This document shows, one piece after another, positions 39,471 through 47,464 of a stretch of DNA of 64,000 nucleotides. Below the pieces are notes generated by a model. That model was not told the DNA's origin. It saw only the letters and a list, made by a program, of their open reading frames with translations, and ran no database searches. The position numbers and the translations under genes were made by a program. The stretch's first letter is position 1. The number at the start of each line of letters is the position of its first letter. The stretch is taken from NCBI GenBank assembly GCA_046350615.1, contig JAXMAA010000001.1, positions 268,263 to 332,262 on the forward strand, given 5' to 3'. This DNA comes from Candidatus Saccharimonadales bacterium. GTDB lineage: Bacteria > Patescibacteriota > Saccharimonadia > Saccharimonadales > UBA7683.

Positions 39471-40529
39471 ATGAGCAGGCGTACCGCAAGTGCAGCGGGG
39501 GCGGTGGTGGCTTTGGCCCTACTGCTCCTGGCTGGGCTCATCATCACGGTGAGTTCCAGCAATGCCAAGGGCGACGGGGGTCCCCCCATCGACCCGAAGG
39601 CGAAGTGCGGAACCAAGACCGGTTTCCTGGCGGACTACGCCACTGGAAACCGGTTCGGTCCCGCGGTGACCGAGACCAACGTCGACAAGGTCAAGGAGCA
39701 GCTCCACACGGAGCGGTGTCTTGACCCGATGAAGGTCGTAGCTCACCTCGAGTACCAGGCCCGTGCCTACTCCTCTCCGGAGGAGCGGGCCGAGCACACG
39801 CGTCGGCTGCGGGACACCCCCAACGCCCGCGTGAGCGCGATCGCCAAGCTCGAGGCTCGGGAGCGTTCGGCCGTCAAGGTCGAGATCACCGAGATGAGCA
39901 ACGAGTACCAGACCATGTACGCGGTCAGCAAGGGGCACGACGTTCCGTACGTCTACGCCACCACCGCCGACCGTCCGCGGTTCAAGGTGCTCAAGTTCAG
40001 CTACTCGGACGGGTCGTGGGACGCGTACAAGCTGGATTGCGATTTCCAGCCCGTCGCGACCCGGTTCCCCGGGCTGCCGCAGTCGCCACCGCCTCCGGGC
40101 ACGACGACCACGGTTCCCGGGACCACCCCAGGCACCACTCCCGGAACGACCCCGGGCACTACGCCCGGTACGGTTCCTCCAGGCACGGTGCCGCCGGGGG
40201 TCACCACGACCACCAGGCCGGGGGTCACCACGACCACCAGGCCGGGTAGTACCACGACCACGACGGTCCCCCGGTGCACCCACAAGTGCTCCGAGGACAG
40301 CCCTGTGAGTTCGAACCCGAACGATCCCAACGAGAACGTTCGTCCGAACGGCACGGAGCCGCAGCGGCCGCCGACGACGGCTCCGGCTCCGCCGACGACC
40401 GTGGCCCCGCCGACGACGGTTGCGCCTCCCGCGCCCCCGCCGCCGACGACGGCTCCGGCTCCGCCGCCTGACGACAGCTGTGTCGACCCTCATGAGGTCG
40501 GCCTCTGCGAAAGGGCAAGGGCAGCCTAG
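39471..40529 (+). CDS. high-GC secreted or membrane-anchored protein with Pro/Thr-rich repeats
   Basis: AGGAGGT SD; N-terminal signal/TM AAGAVVALALLLLAGLIITV; Cys-containing globular part; (GTTP)n and PTTVAP repeats. Confidence 0.85.
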   Translation: MSRRTASAAGAVVALALLLLAGLIITVSSSNAKGDGGPPIDPKAKCGTKTGFLADYATGNRFGPAVTETNVDKVKEQLHTERCLDPMKVVAHLEYQARAYSSPEERAEHTRRLRDTPNARVSAIAKLEARERSAVKVEITEMSNEYQTMYAVSKGHDVPYVYATTADRPRFKVLKFSYSDGSWDAYKLDCDFQPVATRFPGLPQSPPPPGTTTTVPGTTPGTTPGTTPGTTPGTVPPGTVPPGVTTTTRPGVTTTTRPGSTTTTTVPRCTHKCSEDSPVSSNPNDPNENVRPNGTEPQRPPTTAPAPPTTVAPPTTVAPPAPPPPTTAPAPPPDDSCVDPHEVGLCERARAA

Positions 40530-40752
40530 ACCGCGTGGCGGTCATCGGTACTTCACGGTACCGGCTGCGTGTAACACATAAGTTACTCGTAAGTTAACAA
40601 GGCCGTGAACAGGGTATGGGGAACCCGTGATGTCAGATCACAAAACCTTCGCGTTAGTTCGAATAGTAGACGGGAACGGATATACTCAAACCTTGCTTGC
40701 AAGCAAGAGTATATCCGTTCACAACACCTTATAACCTGTAATGATTTGACTA
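40529..40752 (+). ncRNA. structured 3' trailer (3' half of the RNA scaffold)
   Basis: 14-bp stem 40674-40687/40707-40720; three segments complementary to the 5' leader, including the perfect 17-mer 40736-40752. Confidence 0.65.
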
Positions 40753-40790
40753 TCTTCCGTGGCTTTTTGTACTTCATCCCTTTTAGGTAT

Positions 40791-40842
40791 GATGAACTTT
40801 AAAAATTTGGTACCGAAGTGTGTTTATTTTTTAAAGTTCATC
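40791..40842. promoter_or_regulatory. 15-bp inverted repeat at the promoter/5' UTR of the DUF11 surface-protein gene
   Basis: GATGAACTTTAAAAA...TTTTTAAAGTTCATC, overlapping the -10 TATGAT of a TTGTAC...TATGAT promoter. Confidence 0.55.
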
Positions 40843-40882
40843 AATTTATTTAATTTCGAGTAATCGAAGGAAAGGAAGGCTT

Positions 40883-42841
40883 ATGAAGAAATTTATAAAC
40901 TTTCTGAAACGCCACGGCAAGAAGATTGCAGCAATTGTTGCAACCGCTTCTGCGGTAGGTCTCGCCGGAGCCGCAATTGCTGGCTTTGGGCCAGATCGCC
41001 CAACCAAAGCCTATTACAATAACGTACCCGGCTTTGACTATGTTACTTTTAACTCATTCACCGGTGTTCCTAACATCGGTGATGAAAGAAACTTCTTGAC
41101 TGGTAAAATTGCCGGTGCAGATGGTGGTTTTTACGACCCAATGACGAAACTCCGAGCAAACGACGAGGTTCTGATGCGGGTTTACGTTCACAACAACGCC
41201 GACCCAAGCTTAAATGCAAGTGGTCAAGGTGTTGCTAAAAACACGAAAGTTCGCGTTGAATTACCAAATGCTGAAACAATTGCCCAAAACCAGAGCGCTA
41301 AAGCGTTTATTTCGGCCGACAATGCTCAGCCACAAGAAATTTACGACACGCTCGATATGAAAGCTGAAGATAGCAGTGCATTTGCAATTCAGTATGTGCC
41401 CGGTTCAGCAACAGTTACCAGCAACGAAGGTACACAACCAGTAAGCGATGCTATTGTAGCTGGTGGTGTAAATTTTGGTGACGAAAAGGGTTGTTTCGAG
41501 TATGTAAAACTTGTTACCTTTAAGGTAAAAGTAACTGCTCCAAACTATACGCTTGAAAAAACTGTTCGTCCTGATGGTTCAACTTCAGTCAACGACTGGA
41601 AAGAAACCATGCAAGTACAGCCAGGTGCAACGGTTGAGTGGCGCCTGAACTTCAAGAACACCGGTTCTATGCAGCTCAAAGATACCAAACTGGTAGATAA
41701 CGTTCCTGCAAAAACTACTGTTGTTCCTGGAAGCGTAAAACTGTACGACACCAACTTCCCTACTGGATACCAGTATCCTGATACTGCAATTCAGGCGAAT
41801 GGCAAGCAAATTAATCTTAGTGTTGGCAATACCAACCCAGGTGTACGAGCAATCGTTACCTTTAAGACTAAAGTTGCTGCTGCAAAGGACCTTGAATGTG
41901 GTCTTAATACGCTCAAGAACGTTGCTTACGCAACTCCAACCAATGGATTTGGTACCATCACTGATGATGCTACCGTAACCGTTAACGGAAAAGAGTGTGA
42001 GCCTGAGAAGCCTAATTTTGAGATCGTGAAAGATGTTCGAAAGAAGGGCGATACTACGTGGCAGCAAGATGTGACGGTTGAGTATGGCAATACAGTTGAA
42101 TACCGTGTTGTCGTAAAAAACACTGGCACAACCGACCTTAAGAACGTAGTTGTAAAAGACAAGCGACCAACTGGCGTAGACTATGTTGCTGGCAGCCTGA
42201 AGGTAAATGGTCAAACAAACAGCGGTGATCTCTTTGGTGCAGGCGTTACTATCGCCGAAATCAAGAAGGGTGCACAAGCTGAAATTACCTTTGACGCAAA
42301 GGTAACAAAAGGCCAGACTGACAAATGTGAAGTGAAGAAATTCCGTAACATTGCCAGTGCAAAGCCTGAAGGTCTCACCGAAAAAGAAGATGATGCTAAC
42401 GTCACTACCAAATGTGATGTTCCTGCTAAATACGAATGTAAGGCAGTAAACATTGTAGCCCTTGGTAACAACAACTACCGCATTAGCGTAGCTGTTAATA
42501 CTGAAGGTGGTGTAACTGTTAATAAGTACATCTACAATTACGGCGACGGCTCTGCTGAATTCAACACTGATAAAAACACTGTTGATCATCAGTACAGCAA
42601 ACCTGGCGAATACAACATCGCTGTTCGTGTCATCTTCAACGTTGGCAACGAACAAAAAGATGCTCGTTGTACTGCCAAGGTAGTTGTTCCGGCAACTCCT
42701 GAGAAACCAACAACTCCAGTAACCAACATCCCGAAGACTGGTGCTGGTAATGTTGTTGCAGGACTCTTCGGTACCAGCGCAACGGCATATGTAGCATATG
42801 CCTGGGTCGTAAGCCGACGTAACCTAAAGAGCAATCTTTAG
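40883..42841 (+). CDS. cell-surface protein with DUF11/isopeptide-type Ig-like repeats, PKD domain and LPXTG-like anchor
   Basis: Signal peptide; repeated K.VR...G.TVEY/W...KNTG...V.D..P....V.GS; YNYGDGS...HQYSKPGEY (PKD); IPKTG followed by a TM and RR. Confidence 0.88.
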   Translation: MKKFINFLKRHGKKIAAIVATASAVGLAGAAIAGFGPDRPTKAYYNNVPGFDYVTFNSFTGVPNIGDERNFLTGKIAGADGGFYDPMTKLRANDEVLMRVYVHNNADPSLNASGQGVAKNTKVRVELPNAETIAQNQSAKAFISADNAQPQEIYDTLDMKAEDSSAFAIQYVPGSATVTSNEGTQPVSDAIVAGGVNFGDEKGCFEYVKLVTFKVKVTAPNYTLEKTVRPDGSTSVNDWKETMQVQPGATVEWRLNFKNTGSMQLKDTKLVDNVPAKTTVVPGSVKLYDTNFPTGYQYPDTAIQANGKQINLSVGNTNPGVRAIVTFKTKVAAAKDLECGLNTLKNVAYATPTNGFGTITDDATVTVNGKECEPEKPNFEIVKDVRKKGDTTWQQDVTVEYGNTVEYRVVVKNTGTTDLKNVVVKDKRPTGVDYVAGSLKVNGQTNSGDLFGAGVTIAEIKKGAQAEITFDAKVTKGQTDKCEVKKFRNIASAKPEGLTEKEDDANVTTKCDVPAKYECKAVNIVALGNNNYRISVAVNTEGGVTVNKYIYNYGDGSAEFNTDKNTVDHQYSKPGEYNIAVRVIFNVGNEQKDARCTAKVVVPATPEKPTTPVTNIPKTGAGNVVAGLFGTSATAYVAYAWVVSRRNLKSNL

Positions 42842-42868
42842 ACATACTGACCGCTCTCGGCCAAGCAC

Positions 42869-42900
42869 AAAACTCCCGCTTATTTTAGGCGGGAGTTTTT
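42869..42900 (+). terminator. rho-independent terminator
   Basis: AAAACTCCCGC-loop-GCGGGAGTTTTT. Confidence 0.85.
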
Positions 42901-42922
42901 GTTTGTGTAAAAAACTTAAGCT

Positions 42923-42949
42923 AGATCCTTCGACTGCGCTCAGGATGAC
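42923..42949. repeat. RPE/REP-like palindromic element (intergenic)
   Basis: AGATCCTTCGACTGCGCTCAGGATGAC. Confidence 0.8.
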
Positions 42950-42997
42950 ACCTGCATCACCGGCCCTTTCTAAGAACTAAACTCTGAGATCTACTTG

Positions 42998-43633
42998 CTA
43001 TCTGCTCAGGGCTTCCCCTACTTTAAGGTAGGTAAATTTCGCATTCATCTCCTCAAGCGCCAGTTTGATGTAGTGGTAATTTACCTGCTCGCCAAATTCA
43101 CTGAGGGTACCGTTATGTGCTGGGAATGCCTGTTTTGGCTTTACGGCTTTTAAAAATTCAATTACTTCGCTCACTTTAAGCCACGGTGCGGCTGCGGGAA
43201 AGGCCACAATTTCTACCGGTTTGTTTGGTAGGGCATAGGAATCTCCTGGATAGTAAAGCGTGTTATTCACTAGCACACCAACGTTTTTACAGGGCACCTG
43301 CTGGTAAATTATTTCGTGCTCGCCGCCAAAGAATTCGAGCGTCAATAAACTGTTGGTAACAGTTTCGCCTGGTTGAATGGTAACTTTCGTAACCTCAAGT
43401 TCGTCTAGCTCTGCCAATACCTCATCGGTTGCATACAGTGTGAGACCAGGATTGCTGGCCGCTAGTTTTTGCAGATTTGGTACATGCAAGTGGTCTGCAT
43501 GAATATGCGTAATCAACACCGCCGAAACCGCACTCAGCTCCGGCAATTCGGCCAGTACTCCCGGATCAATCACCAGCTGCTCGCCAGCCTCCTCAACAAC
43601 CAAACACGCGTGTTGATATTTTGTAATCTGCAT
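42998..43633 (-). CDS. metallo-beta-lactamase-fold hydrolase
   Basis: HACL, IDPG, THIHADH, YPGDS, PAHN. Confidence 0.9.
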   Translation of the reverse strand: MQITKYQHACLVVEEAGEQLVIDPGVLAELPELSAVSAVLITHIHADHLHVPNLQKLAASNPGLTLYATDEVLAELDELEVTKVTIQPGETVTNSLLTLEFFGGEHEIIYQQVPCKNVGVLVNNTLYYPGDSYALPNKPVEIVAFPAAAPWLKVSEVIEFLKAVKPKQAFPAHNGTLSEFGEQVNYHYIKLALEEMNAKFTYLKVGEALSR

Positions 43634-43655
43634 CTTCCCTCCTTTATAAAGCTGC

Positions 43656-45374
43656 CTACATTTTTTCAGGTGTACCAATGCCAAGCAACTTCAGGCCTTC
43701 TTCAAGCGTCTTTGCATAATAAGCCACGAGCCTTAGACGAATAGGCTCTCGGTCATCACCTATCACTTTACTGCCCTCGTAAAAACGGTTGAACTCCTGA
43801 GCCAGCTCGTATAAATAGGTACAGATATGATGGGACATGAGCTCGTTTGTAGCTCGTTCAATAACCTCTTCGTATTCTCCCAACTTTCTAACCAAGGTAC
43901 GCTCGGCTGGCTCGAGGCTTCCCGTCGCGCCATCTTGAGCGTATTGAGATATCTTGCCAGATCCTTCAACTTCACTGGCGTTTCGTTCAGGATGACCCGC
44001 TACGCTGGCTTTGTTAAGAATTGAGCCTGCTCTTGCAAGCGCATATTGAAGATATGGTCCGCTGTTACCCTGCAGACTTACTGACTCTTTTGGATCGTAT
44101 ATGATGTCGCCGCCCATACGCTGCCTCAGAAAGGCATACTTTACGGCCCCAAGACTTACATCTTCCCTACCTTCTCCTGCGTTTGCCTCGGCATTAGCTC
44201 GATTAGCAACATCAAGCACATCTACTGCGCGAAGAAAGTTTCCTTTACGGCTACTCATTTTAACACCGCCGGCCAACTTTACTTGCCCATGTGTCAGATG
44301 CGTGGTTCGAGAGGTGGCTTCTGGCAAGAAAGCTTCAAGGCTTTTCATGACAACTTTCATGTATTCAATAATGTCGTTGCCAGTAATGATGACGCTCTTA
44401 TCAAACTGGTAATCTTGCCATTTTTTCAGCGCTAAGCCGACATCTTTAGCCTCATATGTTGGAAGCCCATTGGCATTAATAAACACACGTGTATGTAGCC
44501 CATATGGCTCACCTTTAAAAACAACTGCACCGTTAGACTCTTCGTATACATTCCCTGTGTGTTCTTTTACTGTTTGCAAACCAATTGGTGCTGTTTGGCT
44601 TTCTGGATAGTACTTTTCAAAGGTAGTGCCTATTCGTGCGTAAAATGCATCGAAGTACGCATAGCTCCATTCACGGCACATCCAGTAAATTTGTGCGAGA
44701 GGTGTAGTTTTATCTTGCTGCGTATGAAAATTGTAGATTTGCTTGTTGATAGCAGTGATGGCATCTTTAGCCGACCCACCATCTTCATAGGCCGTATTTC
44801 CTGCCTGATAACACTGTGCCATCCAGTCAGCTCGCTCGGTCTGGGCAATCTCGGCAAGCTGCTCGGGCTTCTCTCCGCCTAACGCTTGCTTTATCCCCCA
44901 AAGCGCTTTGGCAACATGCAGTCCAACGTCGCCACCAAAGTTAACCCGGTGTACCGTAGCGCCCGCATTTTCAAGAAGGTTCGCAATGGCATCTCCCATG
45001 ACAGATGTATATAAGTGACCTGCGTGAAGTACCTTAAACGGATTCGGATCTGAATACTCCGCCACGATTATCTGGCCAGCAAGTGGCTTTGCGGCAGTTT
45101 TGTCGAGCATTGCCAACAAAGTGTTATCGGTAAGTGTAATATTAATAAAACCAGGGCCAGCCACCTCTACCTTCTCTACCAGTTCGCTTTTGATATTTTC
45201 AGCAATCTGCTTCGCGATCTCGCGTGGATTTTGGCCAAGTTTTTTACCAAGACGTAAGGCTATGTTAGTTGCAAAATCACCAAATTGCTCATCAGTACGA
45301 GTAAGCTCAACTGTCTCCTCAACACCAAACAAATCAGTAACTACCTTTTCTACTAACTCAGAAATCTCATACAT
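43656..45374 (-). CDS. argS: arginine--tRNA ligase with in-frame palindromic-element insertion
   Basis: FGDFATN, GPGFIN, SDPNPFKVLHAGH, KMSSRKG, GPYLQYA, FNRFY, PEKM. Confidence 0.97.
   Translation of the reverse strand: MYEISELVEKVVTDLFGVEETVELTRTDEQFGDFATNIALRLGKKLGQNPREIAKQIAENIKSELVEKVEVAGPGFINITLTDNTLLAMLDKTAAKPLAGQIIVAEYSDPNPFKVLHAGHLYTSVMGDAIANLLENAGATVHRVNFGGDVGLHVAKALWGIKQALGGEKPEQLAEIAQTERADWMAQCYQAGNTAYEDGGSAKDAITAINKQIYNFHTQQDKTTPLAQIYWMCREWSYAYFDAFYARIGTTFEKYYPESQTAPIGLQTVKEHTGNVYEESNGAVVFKGEPYGLHTRVFINANGLPTYEAKDVGLALKKWQDYQFDKSVIITGNDIIEYMKVVMKSLEAFLPEATSRTTHLTHGQVKLAGGVKMSSRKGNFLRAVDVLDVANRANAEANAGEGREDVSLGAVKYAFLRQRMGGDIIYDPKESVSLQGNSGPYLQYALARAGSILNKASVAGHPERNASEVEGSGKISQYAQDGATGSLEPAERTLVRKLGEYEEVIERATNELMSHHICTYLYELAQEFNRFYEGSKVIGDDREPIRLRLVAYYAKTLEEGLKLLGIGTPEKM
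43929..43996. repeat. RPE-like element inside argS
   Basis: GCCATCTTGAGCGTATTGAGATATCT...AGATCCTTCAACTTCACTGGCGTTTCGTTCAGGATGAC, encoding GHPERNASEVEGS..ISQYAQDG. Confidence 0.75.
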
Positions 45375-45435
45375 TAAACTCATTATACCACTTTCACATC
45401 TGTAAAATTAAAAAGAACCCTTTAACAGGCTCTTT

Positions 45436-45528
45436 TGGCGGAGGAGGGGAGATTCGAACTCCCGCGCCGGATTTCTCCAACCTAACGATTTAGCAAACCG
45501 TCCCCTTCAGCCACTTGGGTACTCCTCC
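45436..45528 (-). tRNA. tRNA-Ser(GCT)
   Basis: GGAGGAG acceptor, anticodon loop TTGCTAA, long variable arm, GTTCGAATC, GCCA end. Confidence 0.95.
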
Positions 45529-45617
45529 GCGTCTTGCGCGGTCACAATCGATGCGACTTGTCGATTATAGCGCATATCCCCTCTGTTGTCAGCAAAACAT
45601 GGTATGCTTTTAATTAA

Positions 45618-46232
45618 ATGGCTGGTCATACAACTCTCCTAAATATCTGCATGATTCCATCTAGTGCTGTTGCGGTACAATGCGTTTCACTCAGCCAGAG
45701 TTTTGATGATGCGATAGTTCGCTTTAGGCTTGGTGATGGGCTCTTCCCGCACGCAACGATCTACATGGCACGTTTTGAATACAGTTCTTTGCCGGCAGTT
45801 AGAAACACTTTGCAAGAAACTATATCTAAGCTTCAACCCATAAAGCTTATTCATAGCGGATATTATCAAACACCTGGTCAGTATATTGAGGTTTCGTACC
45901 AAAGAACCGAGGAGCTCCTTATGCTGCACCATCAAGTAGTACAGGCCGTTAAACGGTACCGCTACAAGCCCAAAGCGCCTGAGTACGAGAGCTTCTGGGG
46001 TGCATATGAGGATCAGCAACAAAAATACGCCAAGCAAACGGGCTACGACCTTGCATACGACCTGTATCGACCGCACATTACACTCACCCGCTATAAGGAG
46101 GGTAGAACTCCGGCTGAATTTCCAGCATTTCCTCAAGCAGATCTTTCTTTCATGTTACCAAAGATTGCGTTGTATAAAGCTGATGCAAATGGCGCGATTT
46201 ATGAGGAAGTCGCCACTTTTGAAATTACTTAG
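45618..46232 (+). CDS. 2H-phosphoesterase (2'-5' RNA ligase-like) protein
   Basis: Two HxT motifs, PHATI and PHITL, ~110 aa apart. Confidence 0.8.
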   Translation: MAGHTTLLNICMIPSSAVAVQCVSLSQSFDDAIVRFRLGDGLFPHATIYMARFEYSSLPAVRNTLQETISKLQPIKLIHSGYYQTPGQYIEVSYQRTEELLMLHHQVVQAVKRYRYKPKAPEYESFWGAYEDQQQKYAKQTGYDLAYDLYRPHITLTRYKEGRTPAEFPAFPQADLSFMLPKIALYKADANGAIYEEVATFEIT

Positions 46233-46933
46233 ATCTCGAGATATTTTCTGCGCGTTTGCTGGTCAAAATGTTCGATAGCATAGCGTAGTGTTGTGCGAGG
46301 CATTTCGTGAGCATGTTGATTAAGAAAATCTATCAGTAGCTGCCTATCGCACCGCTTGCCCATCTCACGCAACATCCAGCCGACAGCTTTGTGCATTAAG
46401 TCTTGGTCATCATGCAGTAAGGTTTTGGCGAGTTTTATGGTGACATCTGGCTCGCCTTTCATTAAAAAATAGTATGTGGCGATAATAGCGATACGCCTCT
46501 CCCACAGTATTTTTGAACCCGCAAGTTGGTCGAGCACCGGAAGCGATTCTTGGTGATGGTACACATAGCCTCCCACGATATCACGGGCCGACGTATCTAC
46601 CAGATCCCAGTTGTTGACATGTTTTGTGTGCGATAAATAAAACTGATACAGCTCGCGCTGAGCATCTGGCCAGGCTTTTTTGAACTGATTAACCATAATT
46701 ATGAGGGCAAGAAACCGCTCTTCATGCCACTCACTTCTTAAGAGCTGTTCAATATCTGCAAGCGGCAACGCGGCAAACTTTTTAGCAACAATCCGTGTAT
46801 TCGGAACAGTAATTCCCATGAACTCATCACCCTCACCATACTCCCCTACCCCCGTTTTAAAAAACCTCGGGAAGAAGGCTGCTTTTTCAGGATCAACATA
46901 CTTTTTCAGCTCAACACGCAGTTCTTCTACCAT
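46229..46933 (-). CDS. AlkD-like DNA alkylation repair protein
   Basis: FFKTGVGEYGEGD, NNWDLVD, WERR, KAVGWMLRE, MPRTTLRYAIE. Confidence 0.92.
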   Translation of the reverse strand: MVEELRVELKKYVDPEKAAFFPRFFKTGVGEYGEGDEFMGITVPNTRIVAKKFAALPLADIEQLLRSEWHEERFLALIIMVNQFKKAWPDAQRELYQFYLSHTKHVNNWDLVDTSARDIVGGYVYHHQESLPVLDQLAGSKILWERRIAIIATYYFLMKGEPDVTIKLAKTLLHDDQDLMHKAVGWMLREMGKRCDRQLLIDFLNQHAHEMPRTTLRYAIEHFDQQTRRKYLEI

Positions 46934-46939
46934 TACTGG

Positions 46940-46951
46940 TAGTGTACACTA
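46940..46951. promoter_or_regulatory. palindromic bidirectional -10 element (alkD-like gene / rlmH)
   Basis: TAGTGTACACTA gives TACACT on both strands, each 7 nt from an ATG, in a 24-bp gap. Confidence 0.7.
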
Positions 46952-46957
46952 ACAGAT

Positions 46958-47425
46958 ATGAGAATTACCATTTTGGCCATAGGCAAGAAGCATGAGCCAA
47001 AGCTTGAGGCGGCTATCTTAGATTACACGAAGCGGCTCGGCCACTACACGCAAGCTACATGGAAGTTGGTTGAGATGAAGCTCGGCAACTCGTCCGCCGA
47101 AGAAATCAAAAGAGCTGAAACAAAGCTACTGATAGCCCAGATCAAACCAGAAGATAAAGTAATATTGCTCGATGAAACTGGCGTACAGCTCAGTTCACCA
47201 GAAAACGCCGAAAAGCTCCAAAAGCACCTCAACAAAGGTACGAAACACTTAGTTTTTATTATTGGCGGAGCTTATGGAGTAACTGACGAGCTCAAAACAC
47301 GAGCTGATTTCATCTGGTCGCTCTCCCCGCTTGTCTTCCCTCACCAATTAGTTCGTTTAATCTTAGTCGAGCAACTCTACCGCGCCCACACCATCTTAGC
47401 CAGCGAAAAGTACCACCACGCCTAG
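46958..47425 (+). CDS. rlmH: 23S rRNA m3Psi1915 methyltransferase
   Basis: LDETG, FIIGGAYG, SLSPLVFPHQLVRLILVEQLYRA, YHH. Confidence 0.95.
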   Translation: MRITILAIGKKHEPKLEAAILDYTKRLGHYTQATWKLVEMKLGNSSAEEIKRAETKLLIAQIKPEDKVILLDETGVQLSSPENAEKLQKHLNKGTKHLVFIIGGAYGVTDELKTRADFIWSLSPLVFPHQLVRLILVEQLYRAHTILASEKYHHA

Positions 47426-47464
47426 AAGAATACCTCGGACATAGTATTTCCTGGCTTAGTTTAG

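Noticed and set aside
40095-40470. Tandem repeats as a CRISPR array
   Set aside because: They are in-frame 12-21-bp coding repeats (GTTP, PTTVAP) without unique spacers; no cas genes or CRISPR array anywhere in the window.
38328-40493. Long antisense ORFs (363 aa and 324 aa) over the high-GC genes
   Set aside because: Expected stop-poor shadows of genes with very high third-position GC; Arg/Gly-rich nonsense composition and no SD.
38125-40752. 17-bp inverted repeat as terminal repeats of a DNA transposon
   Set aside because: No transposase, no evident target-site duplication, pairing continues inward with bulges and G-U pairs, and the structured leader extends ~200 nt outside the repeat. 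A non-autonomous element is not fully excluded.
38313-40752. Group II or group I intron
   Set aside because: GTGCG at 38313 resembles a group II 5' end, but I find no convincing domain V (AGC/CGC triad hairpin), no group I P7 consensus, no RT or homing nuclease and no interrupted host gene. A covariance search is still warranted.
41585-42655. 356-aa antisense ORF within the DUF11 gene
   Set aside because: Mirror frame of a strongly codon-biased gene; the plus-strand product has clear domains.
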